Shown: positions 9,871 through 19,846 of the stretch, in pieces | Layout: each line of letters opens with the position of its first letter | How positions within the stretch are numbered: position 1 is the first letter of the stretch | Source of the DNA: a virus | Strand: one strand, 5' to 3' | IMG/VR virus record: IMGVR_UViG_3300032315_000675 | Span: 13,404-77,403 of that record | DNA length: 64,000 nucleotides | Program-made: the position numbers and the translations under genes | The notes under the pieces: generated by a model | Databases searched by the model: none | Told to the model about the DNA's origin: nothing | The model's input: only the letters and a program-made list of their open reading frames with translations

Positions 9871-10276
9871 AATTGAAATTGTCAAAACTATCTTGGCTGA
9901 AACTCGGGATGATCCGGACTTTCCTTGGAACAACCATGAACCTGACAAGCTGATATTTGAATGGTTTGTTACAGGGAGAAGAGGAAACGGCCTTAGACTA
10001 ACTGATGTTGGTGCTTCTGCCTTCACAAAAGCAAACATCGCTCACTACACATTTGACCTTAAGCAGGAGCTGTCGAACACGGTCTCGCCAACGGGGGCGA
10101 ACTGGGAGAGCTATGTTATGCTTCTAAACAAGAAGATACATTGCCCCTATTACATCGGCGCAACAATCGATGAGAAGAAGAAGAAAAAACCCTATATTAG
10201 AATCTACGATCATAAGATAGCTATGCTCATGACCTTGTACGGCACAGTAGATGAATATCTGGAATCGGTAAAATAG
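9851..10276 (+). CDS. hypothetical protein
   Basis: overlapping ORF ending the operon. Confidence 0.7.
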   Translation: MTYPKTKIEIVKTILAETRDDPDFPWNNHEPDKLIFEWFVTGRRGNGLRLTDVGASAFTKANIAHYTFDLKQELSNTVSPTGANWESYVMLLNKKIHCPYYIGATIDEKKKKKPYIRIYDHKIAMLMTLYGTVDEYLESVK

Positions 10277-10332
10277 TCATCTATGCCAACGGTACGTACT
10301 AAATATATGGTAGCCCCGCTTTAAACAGAGAG

Positions 10333-10362
10333 AAAATGTCTGAATCTTCGGGCATTTTTTTT
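10333..10362 (+). terminator. intrinsic terminator
   Basis: AAAATGTCTGAA-tc-TTCGGGCATTTT hairpin plus T8 tract. Confidence 0.7.
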
Positions 10363-10425
10363 GGATAAAAAGGTTGACATTGGCTTCGTATTTGTTATGA
10401 TTAGTATGTAGCAAGGAGATAGCAA

Positions 10426-10623
10426 ATGGCACAAGTTAATGTTAAGTTTCGTGTTCACTGCGTAGATTCAGAGCGTGGTTGGGGCCAAGACTACTGGCAC
10501 ATCGATTTCGATACCCGCGCTGAAGCTGAAAAGTTTAAGGCAGACATCAATGCTAAGAACACTGCAAGTGTTGCCCCTGACTTCTACAGCCAGGCAAATA
10601 GCATCGAAATGATTGAAGCATAA
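10426..10623 (+). CDS. hypothetical early protein
   Basis: TTGACA-N17-TATGAT promoter at 10374; AAGGAG SD. Confidence 0.75.
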   Translation: MAQVNVKFRVHCVDSERGWGQDYWHIDFDTRAEAEKFKADINAKNTASVAPDFYSQANSIEMIEA

Positions 10624-10690
10624 AAATCGTACCCGAGGTCATTTTTCGGTTGACTTCGGGTACCCATTTTGCTATATTGAATCATAGATT
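10622..10690 (+). promoter_or_regulatory. sigma70-type early promoter embedded in a stem-loop (repeat family)
   Basis: GTACCCGAGGTCA/TGACTTCGGGTAC inverted repeat; TTGACT(10650)-17 bp-TATATT(10673). Confidence 0.8.
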
Positions 10691-10710
10691 GAATCGAAGG
10701 ATACAACGAC

Positions 10711-10893
10711 ATGGACCGCAAAGACAATATGAATACGAAAGAGTGGCACGAAGAACGTGATGCCTCCGATGCCCCTGTTTGGATGTCTGTTGACGAAGCC
10801 AATGGATGGGCTAGCGGCTGGAACGCAGCCGTAGAAGCGGCAAAGGCCGAGGCTCCGTGGTGGGCCACCGGCGCTGGCCGTAGGGCCGACTAA
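10711..10893 (+). CDS. hypothetical protein
   Basis: AAGGA SD after promoter. Confidence 0.6.
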   Translation: MDRKDNMNTKEWHEERDASDAPVWMSVDEANGWASGWNAAVEAAKAEAPWWATGAGRRAD

Positions 10894-10918
10894 AAAAAAT
10901 TCAACAAAGAGGAAGACA

Positions 10919-11134
10919 ATGTCAACTGATGTGACTGACAAAACTTTCACGATGACAATGGCTCAAATGAAAGCCATGTTTGATGCTGGTGCTCGATGTG
11001 GTGAGGGGCCGTCCAGTACACCCTACGCTGACTTCGTTGAGGCTGTTTACGAATTCGTTAACGAGGGCATGAAGTGGGGCGAAGAAGGCCACACTGACTG
11101 GGATGTCGTTGAATCGATGGTTAAGAAGGGTTAA
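10919..11134 (+). CDS. hypothetical protein
   Basis: GAGGA SD. Confidence 0.65.
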   Translation: MSTDVTDKTFTMTMAQMKAMFDAGARCGEGPSSTPYADFVEAVYEFVNEGMKWGEEGHTDWDVVESMVKKG

Positions 11135-11137
11135 GGT

Positions 11138-11971
11138 ATGAACTACGAATTGACTAAAGAAGCAATGACAGCCACGTTGCGTAACCTTCTGCATGATCCT
11201 GTTAGGTCAGTTGAGATTCACGGACATCGTATTATGATCGCTGCTCCGGAACTCAGTGATGTCTTTCGTGACCACCTGAAAGAGCGGGAAGCTATGTTGC
11301 GACGGGAACTCAAGAACATCGAACATGTTCGAGATGGCTTCGAATCCGGTTCGCGGGCTATCGTTTCGGCTAGGCTTAAGAAAAACACGCAAGAACTTAA
11401 AGGAACTGGCATGAACTATGAATTGACAGATGAAACTATCGAACATGGTGGTCGGACGCTGTATCGCATTCGTGCGCTTATAGATATGCCGTATCATCGC
11501 GTTAAGGCGGGTGAGCTTGGCGGGTTTGTCGAGAATATCGAGAACCTTCAAGAGAATGCTTGGGTCTTTGACGATGCTCAGGTCTTTGACGATGCTGCGA
11601 TCTCTGGCAATGCTCGGGTCTCTAGTTTTGCCAAGGTCTATGGCGATGCTAAGGTATTTGGCGATGCTAGGATCTTTGGCAATGCTTTGGTCTATGGTAA
11701 TGCTATTGTCTATGGCGATGCTCAGGTCCGTAGTAATGCTATGGTCTTTGACAATGCTATGGTCTTTGACAATGCTAAGGTCTATGACAACGCTCTGGTT
11801 TTTGGTGATGCTTGGGTCTCCGGTGATGCTAAGGTCTCTGATAATGCCAGAGTCTATGGCAATGCTGAGGTCTCTGATAATGCTAGAGTCTATGGCAATG
11901 CTGAGGTCTATGGCAAGGCTTTGGTCTGTGGCACTGATGAGGTTTCTAGCGATGCTAAGGTCTCAAAATAA
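11138..11971 (+). CDS. hexapeptide-repeat (left-handed beta-helix) protein with extra N-terminal segment; internal start at 11411
   Basis: LYRIRAL...GELGGFVE then many (N/D)AxVxG repeats (18-nt tandem units); paralog at 63088-63594. Confidence 0.85.
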   Translation: MNYELTKEAMTATLRNLLHDPVRSVEIHGHRIMIAAPELSDVFRDHLKEREAMLRRELKNIEHVRDGFESGSRAIVSARLKKNTQELKGTGMNYELTDETIEHGGRTLYRIRALIDMPYHRVKAGELGGFVENIENLQENAWVFDDAQVFDDAAISGNARVSSFAKVYGDAKVFGDARIFGNALVYGNAIVYGDAQVRSNAMVFDNAMVFDNAKVYDNALVFGDAWVSGDAKVSDNARVYGNAEVSDNARVYGNAEVYGKALVCGTDEVSSDAKVSK

Positions 11972-12094
11972 CACTTGACATTAATTAGAGTCCTGTTATT
12001 ATGATAATAGGAAGTGAGAAAGAACTTGACTTCTTCTTAAAATCTGTTATATTGTTTACACACTACATCGACAACACAAACAAGGACTAATGCA

Positions 12095-12295
12095 ATGAAA
12101 CTAACTTTCAAGTGGGATGAGGACATGGGTGAGGCATTTCCGATCAAAAAGGATGTCACAGCCATCATGCAGGAACATCCATTGACTCTGGTTGACTTCC
12201 TCAATGATGTCATTGGTGAAGCCGAGGCCCTGCGCGAACATGCCATGCAGGGATTTAAAGACTGGTGTGAAGAGACTGCTCAGTCGGCAGAATAA
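12095..12295 (+). CDS. hypothetical protein
   Basis: upstream TTGACT promoter; AAGGA SD. Confidence 0.65.
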   Translation: MKLTFKWDEDMGEAFPIKKDVTAIMQEHPLTLVDFLNDVIGEAEALREHAMQGFKDWCEETAQSAE

Positions 12296-12347
12296 TTGTT
12301 GACACGCTGGCCCTGCTAGCGTATACACTCAAACAAAGGAAATTTTT

Positions 12348-12473
12348 ATGTTTACTTACGTGATTGTCGCTTTCATTCTTGGAATGGTTGTGATGGACTT
12401 TATGTGGGCCTACAAGATGGGCATTCCCCAGGCCATGTGGCGTCGTTGGAAAAATCGCAAAACCCGCATTTAA
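12348..12473 (+). CDS. small membrane protein (41 aa, not in ORF track)
   Basis: own TTGACA promoter and AAGGA SD; MFTYVIVAFILGMVVM hydrophobic stretch, basic tail. Confidence 0.6.
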   Translation: MFTYVIVAFILGMVVMDFMWAYKMGIPQAMWRRWKNRKTRI

Positions 12474-12537
12474 GGGTTGACTTCTTCACAAAGAATCTAT
12501 ACATTAAGATCATAGATTGAAGCAACGGAAGCGTCAC

Positions 12538-13197
12538 ATGTCTCGTTATAAAGCTCCCAAGATTTCTTATTCGACCGACGAAGTGTTTGCTGCTGCTTGT
12601 GCTGCACAGCGCATCAACGGTGAATATATCAAGGAAGACAAGCATCTTTACGATACTGACGGGTATGTCCTTTCGGTCGAGAAGGTCGCTAACAAAAAGC
12701 TGACTTCTCAGTTTCTTCGCGGTGATTTTGAAATCAGCGATGATGATCGTGAACAGGGGCAAGAGGTACGGCAGTACTGCAACTCTCTGACGTTCAAGAT
12801 CCTGCAAGGAAAGACTCTGAGTGAGTTTGAGCAGACCATGCTCAAGATTGCTGACAAAGAGATTGTTGACAGCTTCTATGATATTGCTGTTGTTTCGTCT
12901 CTCCCTGCTTCGTATGAGCGTTCTAAGGTTCGGCGCGAGCAGAGCAATCGTCTCCTCGATCATCAGGGTTGTCTGAATCAAGCAGCAGGTACCGTGGTTG
13001 ATCTTGAAATCGAAGTCGTGCGCTGCAACTATAGCAACAACTGGAACACTTATTATGTTACTGCTATTGTTGAAAATGCTGTAGTGTTTTTTGCGTTTCG
13101 TGATCAGATTGAACTTGGTTCTAAAATCCGTGTCAAGGGTAAGGTTAAATCCCACAAAGAAGATCGTACTCAACTTAGCCACGTGAAAGTTGTGTAA
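12538..13197 (+). CDS. hypothetical protein with OB-fold-like C-terminus
   Basis: LGSKIRVKGKVKSHKEDRTQLSHVKV; upstream promoter. Confidence 0.6.
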   Translation: MSRYKAPKISYSTDEVFAAACAAQRINGEYIKEDKHLYDTDGYVLSVEKVANKKLTSQFLRGDFEISDDDREQGQEVRQYCNSLTFKILQGKTLSEFEQTMLKIADKEIVDSFYDIAVVSSLPASYERSKVRREQSNRLLDHQGCLNQAAGTVVDLEIEVVRCNYSNNWNTYYVTAIVENAVVFFAFRDQIELGSKIRVKGKVKSHKEDRTQLSHVKVV

Positions 13198-13201
13198 GAG
13201 T

Positions 13202-13300
13202 TACAGGAAGCGGACAAGTCCCGAATGGCAGGTCGTATATTGGGTCTCCCTTAAGTGGGTTGTAAATTCCCTCAGTGTGCTGGCTTGTCCGCTTCTTGTA
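13202..13300 (+). ncRNA. putative structured small RNA (18-bp terminal stem around ~60 nt)
   Basis: TACAGGAAGCGGACAAGT pairs with GCTTGTCCGCTTCTTGTA; T-rich tail follows; intergenic. Confidence 0.55.
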
Positions 13301-13320
13301 TTTTCTTTTAGGGTTTATGT

Positions 13321-13695
13321 ATGACGGATTGGACGATACCAATTCAAAGTGTAGGGCGCTCTTGCCGTCCGAGTATGGAAGTCAAAATGCTTACCGCAGG
13401 AAAAGGCAAGTCTGTTTTTGTGGATATAGAATCCGATGCTTGGATCCCGATGGTATCGCGACTCCAATCTGTACTGAGCCCTCACTATGCTGAATATTTT
13501 GACTATGATACCGGTGAGACATACTGGAAGAAGTTCACTGGGATGCCTAAAATAGCAGACTTATATAGAGCAAACAATGTCATTCGCAAGAACGAAGACG
13601 GTTCATATGAATATGTTAAGAATCGTCAAACTGGCGAGGAGCGGCCGCTGACCGAACAAGAAGTTATTTGGCTTATTTTGAAAGCAGGAGCATAA
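13321..13695 (+). CDS. hypothetical protein (start uncertain)
   Basis: ORF abuts the next gene. Confidence 0.55.
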   Translation: MTDWTIPIQSVGRSCRPSMEVKMLTAGKGKSVFVDIESDAWIPMVSRLQSVLSPHYAEYFDYDTGETYWKKFTGMPKIADLYRANNVIRKNEDGSYEYVKNRQTGEERPLTEQEVIWLILKAGA

Positions 13696-13696
13696 A

Positions 13697-14035
13697 ATGC
13701 AAATCGCAATCGCAGACACTACCGGCAATGTTTCGCTTTGGTGCGAAGTCATCGGCATCAACAAAGATGGCTCCATCAATTTTAGTGTTATCAACGGTGC
13801 TTGGGATGGCAAGTATCACAATAATACAGTGTATGTAGAATATACTAAGGCAACCTATCCTGGCTTCCTTGTCTGGGTTGGTCAAGCTAAGTTCGGCGGT
13901 CAAGATTACAACGATGCTATTCCTTGGATTCAGGATCAGGTTGTTCATCCTGAATATGTGATGATCCAGCCTGATCAGTATGTTGGTCCTGTTAGAAAAC
14001 CGCGGTGGGTAGACCAAGACGACATTCCTTTTTGA
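13697..14035 (+). CDS. hypothetical protein
   Basis: AGGAG SD; ends DDIPF. Confidence 0.65.
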   Translation: MQIAIADTTGNVSLWCEVIGINKDGSINFSVINGAWDGKYHNNTVYVEYTKATYPGFLVWVGQAKFGGQDYNDAIPWIQDQVVHPEYVMIQPDQYVGPVRKPRWVDQDDIPF

Positions 14036-14054
14036 GCGATGTTGAAAGCATAAG

Positions 14055-14285
14055 ATGGCAAACCCTGTTCCCGAACACAAAGACAAGTTAGGTAGACTGC
14101 TCTCAGTAGGGGAGTACGTTGCCTACTCTGATAGCAATCAACTCCGTCTTGGAACTATCATAAAATTAAATCCAAAGATGTTAAAGATTAAGCCTCTAGG
14201 TAGCGCATGGGATATTAATAAATATCCTGATGACACCCTTAAGGTTGAAGGTCCTGACCTTACTTGGTATCTGCTGAAAAAGTAA
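14055..14285 (+). CDS. small SH3/KOW-like protein
   Basis: DKLGRLLSVGEYVAY...GTIIKLNPKMLKI. Confidence 0.6.
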   Translation: MANPVPEHKDKLGRLLSVGEYVAYSDSNQLRLGTIIKLNPKMLKIKPLGSAWDINKYPDDTLKVEGPDLTWYLLKK

Positions 14286-14341
14286 GGCTTGACTTTTGTT
14301 TGTCTTCGCTGTATAGTCGCTATATAAACTAAAGGAAACAC

Positions 14342-15715
14342 ATGTCTGCATCTTGGATTCAAAAGCTGACTGAAAGCGATTCTCGCCTTCATAAAGAAGA
14401 TGTCATTCTTCAAGCATTGACTGCCGCAAAGCTAGGCAATGACATCTCTTCGCGGTTTCTGCGAGGACTAAACGTATGCTATGATCCATACATCACGTTC
14501 GGTGTAAAGAAGATTCCCGACACAGTAGGTATCACTGGTGCAGAAAATCCAGTAGATGATTTCTACCAGCTTCTAGAAGACCTATTTGCTCGGCGCGTGA
14601 CCGGGCATGATGCGCGTGATGCTATTCAGGGGCTTGCTGAACGGTTTGACAGTGATGAGTGGAATTACTTCTACGCTCCTATCCTTCGTCGGGATATGCG
14701 TTGCGGCATCAGCGCGACCACAATCAACAAGATTGTTAAGAAAACGGTTTACGAAATTCCGATATTCAGTTGCCAGCTTGCTTCGAACAGCGAAGGCAGG
14801 CCTGAAATGCGCGGCACAAAGCGGCTTGAACCGAAACTAGACGGTGTGCGTGTTATTATGATTGTTCAGCCTAATTGGTCAATCGACGACCGTTCGATCA
14901 GTTCGGTTATTTGCTACAGCCGTAACGGCAAGTTGTTTGACAACTTCTCGCACATTGAAGACCAAATCTGCAACAACGTTAAAGAGCTTATCGCTGCTGC
15001 TGATAAAGTGGATGACATGCAGAGCGGCATTCTTAAGCAAGGATTTGTCCTTGACGGCGAAGTCGTCGGCAACACTTTCCAAGAACTGATGCGTCAGGCT
15101 CGTCGTAAAGAAAATGTCGATGCTGCTGACAGCGTGTTCCACGTATTTGATGTTCTCCCGCTTGCTGACTTCCAACGCGGTCATTGGAATGCACCGTTGA
15201 GCAAGCGTATCGCTTTGCTTGAAGCTATGCAGCCTGCCTTTGATAAGATGCCCAACGCTGAACTTCTTCTTCATCTTCAAGTTGACCTTGATACAAACGA
15301 AGGTAAGAACCAGACTGAACGTTACGCCAATGAAATGGTGAATGCAGGATTTGAAGGCATCATGATCAAGAATCTTGACGCACCTTATCTCTGTAAGCGT
15401 AGCACTGATTGGATGAAGTGGAAGCCTACTATCACAGTCGACCTTGAAGTGATCGGTCTTGAAGAAGGTACTGGTCGCAATAAGGGTCGGCTTGGCGCAT
15501 TGGTCTGCAATGGTGTTGATGATGGTAAGGAGATCACTGTCAACGCTGGCAGTGGATTCAGTGACGCAGAGCGAGACAGTCTATGGGAAGATCGTAATCT
15601 GATTGTTGGTCGCACTGTCGAGATTCTTGCTGATGCTGTTACGCAGAATCAAGATGGTACATATTCACTGCGCTTCCCGCGCTTTGTTCGATTCCGTGAT
15701 GATAAAGGAGAATGA
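14342..15715 (+). CDS. lig: ATP-dependent DNA ligase
   Basis: EPKLDGVR (KxDG), VLDGEV, FHVFD, EGIMIK, WMKWK, OB domain GSGFSD, SLRFPRF. Confidence 0.95.
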   Translation: MSASWIQKLTESDSRLHKEDVILQALTAAKLGNDISSRFLRGLNVCYDPYITFGVKKIPDTVGITGAENPVDDFYQLLEDLFARRVTGHDARDAIQGLAERFDSDEWNYFYAPILRRDMRCGISATTINKIVKKTVYEIPIFSCQLASNSEGRPEMRGTKRLEPKLDGVRVIMIVQPNWSIDDRSISSVICYSRNGKLFDNFSHIEDQICNNVKELIAAADKVDDMQSGILKQGFVLDGEVVGNTFQELMRQARRKENVDAADSVFHVFDVLPLADFQRGHWNAPLSKRIALLEAMQPAFDKMPNAELLLHLQVDLDTNEGKNQTERYANEMVNAGFEGIMIKNLDAPYLCKRSTDWMKWKPTITVDLEVIGLEEGTGRNKGRLGALVCNGVDDGKEITVNAGSGFSDAERDSLWEDRNLIVGRTVEILADAVTQNQDGTYSLRFPRFVRFRDDKGE

Positions 15716-15936
15716 TAATGAACATTAAAGAAAAATACAACACGTTGAGTGCCAAGACTAGAGCAGCTATCAAGACGGCTGCTATCATGACCTTTGCATT
15801 TGTAGTGCCGACTGCATTTGTTGCTATCCCGCAGATTATGCTTCCTGTTGCTGCGTTTGCTCTACTTGCAGGAGCTACATGGGCTATATACAATCTCGTG
15901 TTAAGCGACATCAAATACAACGATCGGCATAAATGA
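15712..15936 (+). CDS. membrane protein
   Basis: two hydrophobic stretches; AAGGAG SD. Confidence 0.65.
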   Translation: MIMNIKEKYNTLSAKTRAAIKTAAIMTFAFVVPTAFVAIPQIMLPVAAFALLAGATWAIYNLVLSDIKYNDRHK

Positions 15937-15937
15937 A

Positions 15938-16117
15938 ATGGGCAGGATTGTAGTTGTAGTTGAAGAGGAACCTCAACGGTGCGAATGCTGCGGTATTATT
16001 GCCGAAACCCGCCCGTATGGGTTGAATCATGAAGAAATCTGCTTTGATTGTGCTATGAAGGACGAGTCGCTTACAGAAATCCGAGCTAAAGAGTTTTTAT
16101 TCGGAGCGGAAGAATGA
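15938..16117 (+). CDS. small zinc-finger protein (59 aa, not in ORF track)
   Basis: CECCG...RPYG...ICFDC; ATGA overlap with next gene. Confidence 0.65.
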   Translation: MGRIVVVVEEEPQRCECCGIIAETRPYGLNHEEICFDCAMKDESLTEIRAKEFLFGAEE

Positions 16118-16332
16118 TATATTTAACCGTAGCTTTTAGTTTGTTGGTAGTATATGCATATTTTGCTACTTACATTGATAAACTTTTTGGGATTTATGGT
16201 CTTGGTTGGACCTTCACTATGGGTATTGTTGCATGTTTGGTTTGGCCATTGTTTCTCGGACTTTCTATTCTCATTGTACCGTTGGTGCTAGTCATGCGTT
16301 TAGGCGCAAAGCATAGAGGAGATAAAATCTAA
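16114..16332 (+). CDS. membrane protein
   Basis: hydrophobic; CLVWPLF. Confidence 0.65.
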   Translation: MIYLTVAFSLLVVYAYFATYIDKLFGIYGLGWTFTMGIVACLVWPLFLGLSILIVPLVLVMRLGAKHRGDKI

Positions 16333-16577
16333 TGATAGAAGACGATGAGGATATGGAGAAGGTAACAGCCGAATGGTCTGCGAAGCTATTAGGGCTTCAC
16401 CATACGTTTGAAGATGGTGATAGTATTGAAGTCACTCAAGTAAGACGTAGAGATACTGGTCCTTGGGTCACCTTTAATGTCAGGCAAGGTCCGGGTATCC
16501 CGAGAAAGTTGCTTATGGGTATAGACGAGTTTCTCGGGACATATGGCCACTTGTTCATCAAAGAAGAAAATAGTTAA
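16332..16577 (+). CDS. hypothetical protein
   Basis: GAGGAG SD; TAATG overlap. Confidence 0.65.
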   Translation: MIEDDEDMEKVTAEWSAKLLGLHHTFEDGDSIEVTQVRRRDTGPWVTFNVRQGPGIPRKLLMGIDEFLGTYGHLFIKEENS

Positions 16578-16611
16578 CTTTATCCTCAGGGGATAGTAGT
16601 ATAAATAAAGC

Positions 16612-18018
16612 ATGACTTTAAATAAAAAAATATTCAGTTTTGCAACTATCACCTTACTAGTTGCTCTTTCATTGAGTGCCGTTGCGGCTTGGTACTCTAT
16701 TCAGGGATTGATGGCTATCTTCGCTGCTGCGCTCATCCCTATCATGATCATGGGAGGCTCCCTAGAACTAGCTAAGATAGTCACAACTGTTTGGTTACAT
16801 AGATATTGGGATAGGTGCGGTTGGGTGATGAAGCTCTACCTTATTCCTGCAGTCGTCGCTCTTGCATTGTTGACTAGCATGGGTATCTTTGGCTTCTTGT
16901 CAAAAGCACACAGTGACCAGAACTTAATAAGCGGAGATGCAGCAGCTAGGGTTGAACTGGTTGATGAAAGGATTCGGATTTCTCAGGAAAACATTGCCAT
17001 GAACCAAAGGGCGATTGAGCAAATGAACAGCCAGGTTGACCAGTTACTAGGTAGAACAGATGACGACAGAGGGGCTAATCGTGCAATTCAGGTCCGCAGG
17101 CAACAAGCAACAGAGCGCAATCGACTACTCCAAGAGATAGCAGCCGAACAAGCCGAAATCGCACAGCTTAACGAAGAGGTTGCACCTATTCGTGCAGAGA
17201 TACGCAAGATTGAAGCAGAAGTAGGTCCTATCAAATATATTGCTGCAATGATCTACGGGGATAACCCCGATACAAACCTGTTAGAACGTGCAGTACGATG
17301 GATGATCGTTCTCATCGTTCTTGTCTTTGATCCTCTAGCTCTTATGCTCATGATAGCTGCACAGGGTAGTTACAAGTGGGATGAAGAGGACGCAAAGAAA
17401 GAAAAAAACAAGACTGACAGTAAGGATGAACCCGATGTTAAGCCAGCTAGTGTTGAGGAAATTAAAGATTATGTCTCAGATACAAGAGTATTACAAGACG
17501 ATGTTGCTCAAGTCGATGACACGGTGGGAGAACCACTACCTGAAGAACCTATTCCCGATGCCGATGAGTCGGAACCGAGTGGGGCAGAGCCTGCAGAAAG
17601 AGTAGAAATCCAAACTGAGGGCGTAACGCTTCATGAAATACAGGAAGGCTATTACGACGTTGAGGGGAAATCTATGAGTAAGGCTGCGCTATTAGGAATG
17701 CGCCCTGAATTGTTTTCTGCTAAACCTGATACTGAGCCAAGTAACACTAACTTTGGAACCGAGTTTCCTAAATTTGCGAAGAAGTCTGACATATTTGTTC
17801 GCGTGGATGTTCTTCCTAATAAAGTTTTTAAATTTGACGGTCACAAGTGGATTGAAATCAGTAAAGAAAATAGTGATTCGTACTTGTATGACGAAGCATA
17901 TGTTCGCCACCTCATAAGCAAGGTTGGGTCCGGTGAGTATGATGTTGACTTGCTTTCAGAAAACGAGAAGGCACAGATTGAAGAATATCTTCAACGAAAT
18001 CAGTCCCAAGATAAGTAA
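16612..18018 (+). CDS. membrane-anchored coiled-coil protein
   Basis: three N-terminal TM segments, coiled coil, fourth TM (VFDPLAL), acidic tail; TATAAATA upstream. Confidence 0.75.
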   Translation: MTLNKKIFSFATITLLVALSLSAVAAWYSIQGLMAIFAAALIPIMIMGGSLELAKIVTTVWLHRYWDRCGWVMKLYLIPAVVALALLTSMGIFGFLSKAHSDQNLISGDAAARVELVDERIRISQENIAMNQRAIEQMNSQVDQLLGRTDDDRGANRAIQVRRQQATERNRLLQEIAAEQAEIAQLNEEVAPIRAEIRKIEAEVGPIKYIAAMIYGDNPDTNLLERAVRWMIVLIVLVFDPLALMLMIAAQGSYKWDEEDAKKEKNKTDSKDEPDVKPASVEEIKDYVSDTRVLQDDVAQVDDTVGEPLPEEPIPDADESEPSGAEPAERVEIQTEGVTLHEIQEGYYDVEGKSMSKAALLGMRPELFSAKPDTEPSNTNFGTEFPKFAKKSDIFVRVDVLPNKVFKFDGHKWIEISKENSDSYLYDEAYVRHLISKVGSGEYDVDLLSENEKAQIEEYLQRNQSQDK

Positions 18019-18023
18019 GACAC

Positions 18024-19217
18024 ATGACTGATAAGATACAAAACTGTTCTTTCTGCGGAAACCACAAAGACCAAGTAAAAAAATTAATAGTAAGTGAAGA
18101 CGTTTCGATTTGCAGCAGTTGTATTTCGTTATGCACCCAGCTACTGGAAGAAGAGAACAGTGAGGGGAAAAAGGAAATAGAATCTAAAAACTTCGACGCA
18201 TATAGCATTAAAAAACATTTGGATCAGTTGGTCATTGGACAAAATGACGCCAAAGAGGTGTTAGCAGTTGCGATATCTAATCACTACAAGCGAATCAATC
18301 ACCCGCCCAAAAACCTTGAGATTCAGAAGGGTAACGTTTTATTGATTGGTCCAACTGGATCAGGAAAGACTTTACTCGCTAGGGCAGTTGCAAAGTATCT
18401 TAATGTGCCGTTTGTGGTTGCAGATGCAACTAGCCTTACTGAAGCAGGTTATGTAGGCGAAGATGTAGAGAGTATGATTTCGATGCTGCTTGCTTTGGCA
18501 GACAATGATGTTAGCAAAGCAGAGCGCGGAATCGTGTTTATCGATGAAATTGATAAGATTGCCCGCAAGAGCGAAAGCACTAGCATTACTCGTGATGTGA
18601 GCGGCGAAGGTGTGCAGCAAGCACTTCTAAAGTTAGTAGAAGGTACCAAGTGCAGAGTGAGTGCTGCGGGAAAGCGTAAGCATCCGCAGGGAGAATCAAT
18701 CGAAGTTGATACTAAGAACATTCTATTCATTGCAGGCGGAGCATTCGTTGGACTTGAGAATGTTATTAAGTCTAGGACTCAAGGAACCTCTATCGGCTTC
18801 GGAGCTGACGTAAAGTCCAAAAACGAAAAGCCTAACATCAATCAAGTCACCCCCGATGATCTAACTCGTTTCGGAATGATTCCAGAATTCATCGGTAGGT
18901 TCACCACTACAATCACGCTACAAGAATTGACCCTACCACAACTGATAGAAGTCTTAACTGATATCAAGAACAGCTTTATTAAGCAGTATGCCTATCTGTT
19001 TTCGATTGATGATATCAATCTCTCGTTCACCGATCAGGCTATCGAAAAAATTGCACAGAACTGCATAGATTTAAAGACAGGTGCCCGCGGACTTCATACT
19101 GAGATTGAGCGTGTACTGATGCCGCACCTCTTCCACATCAATAAGTATAAAGAGAATAATCTAACTGATTTGATCATTGACGTAGAACATATCAATGAGC
19201 CTAAATCTATCTTTTAG
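18024..19217 (+). CDS. clpX: ATP-dependent Clp protease ATPase ClpX
   Basis: CSFCG/CSSC zinc domain, [25 protein letters not shown] and IGF loops, GARGL. Confidence 0.96.
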   Translation: MTDKIQNCSFCGNHKDQVKKLIVSEDVSICSSCISLCTQLLEEENSEGKKEIESKNFDAYSIKKHLDQLVIGQNDAKEVLAVAISNHYKRINHPPKNLEIQKGNVLLIGPTGSGKTLLARAVAKYLNVPFVVADATSLTEAGYVGEDVESMISMLLALADNDVSKAERGIVFIDEIDKIARKSESTSITRDVSGEGVQQALLKLVEGTKCRVSAAGKRKHPQGESIEVDTKNILFIAGGAFVGLENVIKSRTQGTSIGFGADVKSKNEKPNINQVTPDDLTRFGMIPEFIGRFTTTITLQELTLPQLIEVLTDIKNSFIKQYAYLFSIDDINLSFTDQAIEKIAQNCIDLKTGARGLHTEIERVLMPHLFHINKYKENNLTDLIIDVEHINEPKSIF

Positions 19218-19322
19218 TCCCGAAATACTATATTTTTTTACGTAATAGTATACACTAAATAATATCGTAGATGCTTTAATAGGTCTACGATAATAGTCTT
19301 GCTAACACATAGGAGATAAAAC

Positions 19323-19784
19323 ATGACTAATGCACATCTAAGCCTTCGTTCCCTCGACATTCCGTCGATTCATAAATTTGCTGTAGGATTCGACAACGTC
19401 TTTGACGAACTTCTACGAATCAATGCACAGCAAGCAAACGGATCAAATTATCCCCCATACAACGTAGTAAAGCATGATGACGATCATTTCGCCATTGAAC
19501 TTGCTGTGGCTGGGTTTAACATCGGGGACATCTCTATCACAGTAGAGAAGAATCTTCTAACCATCAAGGGTGAGCAAACACAAAGTCTTGATGAACTAGA
19601 GAAGGAAGTCGAATACCTGCATCGCGGTATTTCAGCCCGTAGCTTCTCTCGCACATTCACTTTGGCGGAGCATGTCGAAGTGACAGGGGCAACATCAGAG
19701 AACGGTATTCTCAATATTGAACTTGAGCGTAGGGTTCCTGACGAACAAAAGCCCAAAACAATTGCTATTTCGTACAATAAATAA
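19323..19784 (+). CDS. small heat-shock protein Hsp20 (IbpA-like)
   Basis: NYPPYNVV, ELAVAGF, YLHRGIS, ENGILNIEL, KTIAI. Confidence 0.93.
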   Translation: MTNAHLSLRSLDIPSIHKFAVGFDNVFDELLRINAQQANGSNYPPYNVVKHDDDHFAIELAVAGFNIGDISITVEKNLLTIKGEQTQSLDELEKEVEYLHRGISARSFSRTFTLAEHVEVTGATSENGILNIELERRVPDEQKPKTIAISYNK

Positions 19785-19846
19785 TAGAAGTAACATAGTG
19801 CTTGCAGTCATTGTGGCTGCAAGCACTTCTTAAAGGAATCATATTA

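Noticed and set aside
11560-11960. 18-nt tandem repeats as CRISPR or DGR template/variable repeats
   Set aside because: They are coding hexapeptide repeats with no spacers and no adenine-specific pattern; no reverse transcriptase or cas gene is in the window.
11511-11978. 155-aa MLRSL-repeat ORF, and the similar ORF at 63054-63494
   Set aside because: Alternate-frame shadows of the 18-nt repeats of the beta-helix genes.
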